DNA of 58,099 nucleotides from an uncultured virus (IMG/VR IMGVR_UViG_3300042691_010759) (taxonomy: Duplodnaviria > Heunggongvirae > Uroviricota > Caudoviricetes), in IMG/VR virus record IMGVR_UViG_3300042691_010759; one strand, written 5' to 3'. The notes under the pieces are model-generated. The model had not been told where the DNA came from. It saw only the letters and a program-made list of their open reading frames with translations, and ran no database searches. Position 1 is the first letter of the stretch. Every line of letters begins with the position of its first letter. Position numbers and translations under genes: made by a program. Of the stretch, positions 57,164-58,099 are shown piece by piece.

Positions 57164-57810
57164 ACTCTAAGTTTTTCGTAGACAATTTCTTCAAATGTAA
57201 TAGACGCTTGTGCTGTAGGTGCTCCAACACTCCATTGAGCTGAAAAATTGAATGTATTAGTAGTTGTTGTATCAATAGAAAAAGTTCCATTAGATGGATC
57301 AACATCAGTTAGTCCGGGATTTGCTTCAATTGCATCTCCAATGGCTACATTCATTCCTGATATTAATGTACCTGCTGCACCATCTGTTCTAATAGCCAGC
57401 TGAGCATCAATCCATATTCCTTTGTTGTTTTGACCTGCAGGCAATTGAATAGCTTTAGTAGCAGAAATTACAATGATTCCAAAAGTAGAAGAATTTACTT
57501 TAAGTCTAATTTGAAGTCTTTTTAAAGAAGCGGGGCCTGTTGAATACCTTGCATAAGCTGTAAGTCTAATTCTATCTCCCGCAATTAATTCACCAGGAGC
57601 AACTACAAAATCAAAACCGTTGGTAATGATATTAGTTTCAGCATTACTATTAGTTACAGTATTTGAATCTCCTGTAGATCCATCAATAACTCCTACAACT
57701 CCAGAAGCATCTCCTGTAAGAAATGGGTTTGATGCAGATGGATTATCCGCATTCATTGCTGCCTGATACTGATTGTCAGGCAGATTTCTAGTTATTCCTG
57801 CTTTGCTCAT
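57160..57810 (-). CDS. Putative fibre/spike protein (216 aa)
   Basis: N-terminal AA..A..PS.SNPF.T motif and beta-rich C-terminal domain. Confidence 0.5.
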   Translation of the reverse strand: MSKAGITRNLPDNQYQAAMNADNPSASNPFLTGDASGVVGVIDGSTGDSNTVTNSNAETNIITNGFDFVVAPGELIAGDRIRLTAYARYSTGPASLKRLQIRLKVNSSTFGIIVISATKAIQLPAGQNNKGIWIDAQLAIRTDGAAGTLISGMNVAIGDAIEANPGLTDVDPSNGTFSIDTTTTNTFNFSAQWSVGAPTAQASITFEEIVYEKLRV

Positions 57811-57812
57811 AG

Positions 57813-58099
57813 TTACGTAGTATATTCAATGATAAATGTTGTACCTGTTGCATCATACGCAATAGCTCCATAAGTATCTCTATTTGCTATAGGGGCCCAT
57901 GGAATACTAACACCTGCTGGTATTGATGCTCCATTCCAAATTCCCGCAGCATTTCCTGCATTAAGCATAGATCCACTTAAAGAACCTGCTGGAACAGAAC
58001 CAACACCTACAGCAGATATAGTATTATGCGTTCTTAGCGCAGGTGTAAGTTTTGTATTTATTGCAGCAAGAGTAGTCTCTGTAGCAAAGTCCTCAGCAT
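57813..58099 (-). CDS. 5'-partial structural/fibre-type protein
   Basis: Open frame ...AEDFATETTLAAINTKLTPALRTHNT...IAYDATGTTFIIEYTT* ending in TAA at 57813-57815. Confidence 0.7.
   Translation of the reverse strand, partial: AEDFATETTLAAINTKLTPALRTHNTISAVGVGSVPAGSLSGSMLNAGNAAGIWNGASIPAGVSIPWAPIANRDTYGAIAYDATGTTFIIEYTT

Noticed and set aside
1..58099. Stop-codon reassignment (TAG or TGA), known in some crAss-like phages
   Set aside because: Large genes are uninterrupted in the standard code. TGA ends genes in ATGA overlaps (48336, 51064, 54705, 57160) and TAG ends genes at 45550 and 52191.
1..58099. tRNA/rRNA genes, integrase, transposase, DGR reverse transcriptase
   Set aside because: Intergenic gaps are short, no cloverleaf-like sequence was seen, and no protein carries the relevant motifs.

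Overview
This is an AT-rich 58-kb segment of a Crassvirales (crAss-like) podophage genome, most likely infecting a Bacteroidota host. All credible genes lie on the minus strand, are tightly coupled (TAATG/ATGA overlaps) and read in the standard code. In transcription order (right to left) the window holds: fibre-type genes; a lysis cassette (two holin-like proteins, a permuted papain-like amidase, a u-spanin-like lipoprotein, an M15 peptidase and a TIGR02594-type peptidase); small DNA-binding and nuclease genes; terminase large subunit; portal; scaffold-like protein; major capsid protein; ring, auxiliary-capsid and hub proteins; a block of very Cys-rich fibre proteins; an IHF-like protein; tail ring proteins; the muzzle (tail stabilization) protein; five large, nearly Cys-free ejected 'cargo' proteins; and the N-terminal ~2100 aa of a virion RNA polymerase (absent from the ORF track because it runs off the left edge). 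Three observations stand out. (1) A ~75-nt 3'-UTR element (31562-31637) has a hairpin loop UUGUUGGUUU complementary to an AAACCAACAA motif at the start codons of five genes, making it a candidate trans-acting sRNA regulon. (2) A paired [RQ][FY]GG...[FY]xxGG motif punctuates the cargo proteins like processing or packaging signals. (3) One cargo protein carries an R-S-E type ADP-ribosyltransferase and a second toxin-like domain. Protein calls rest on motifs and synteny recognised by eye; no database searches were run.
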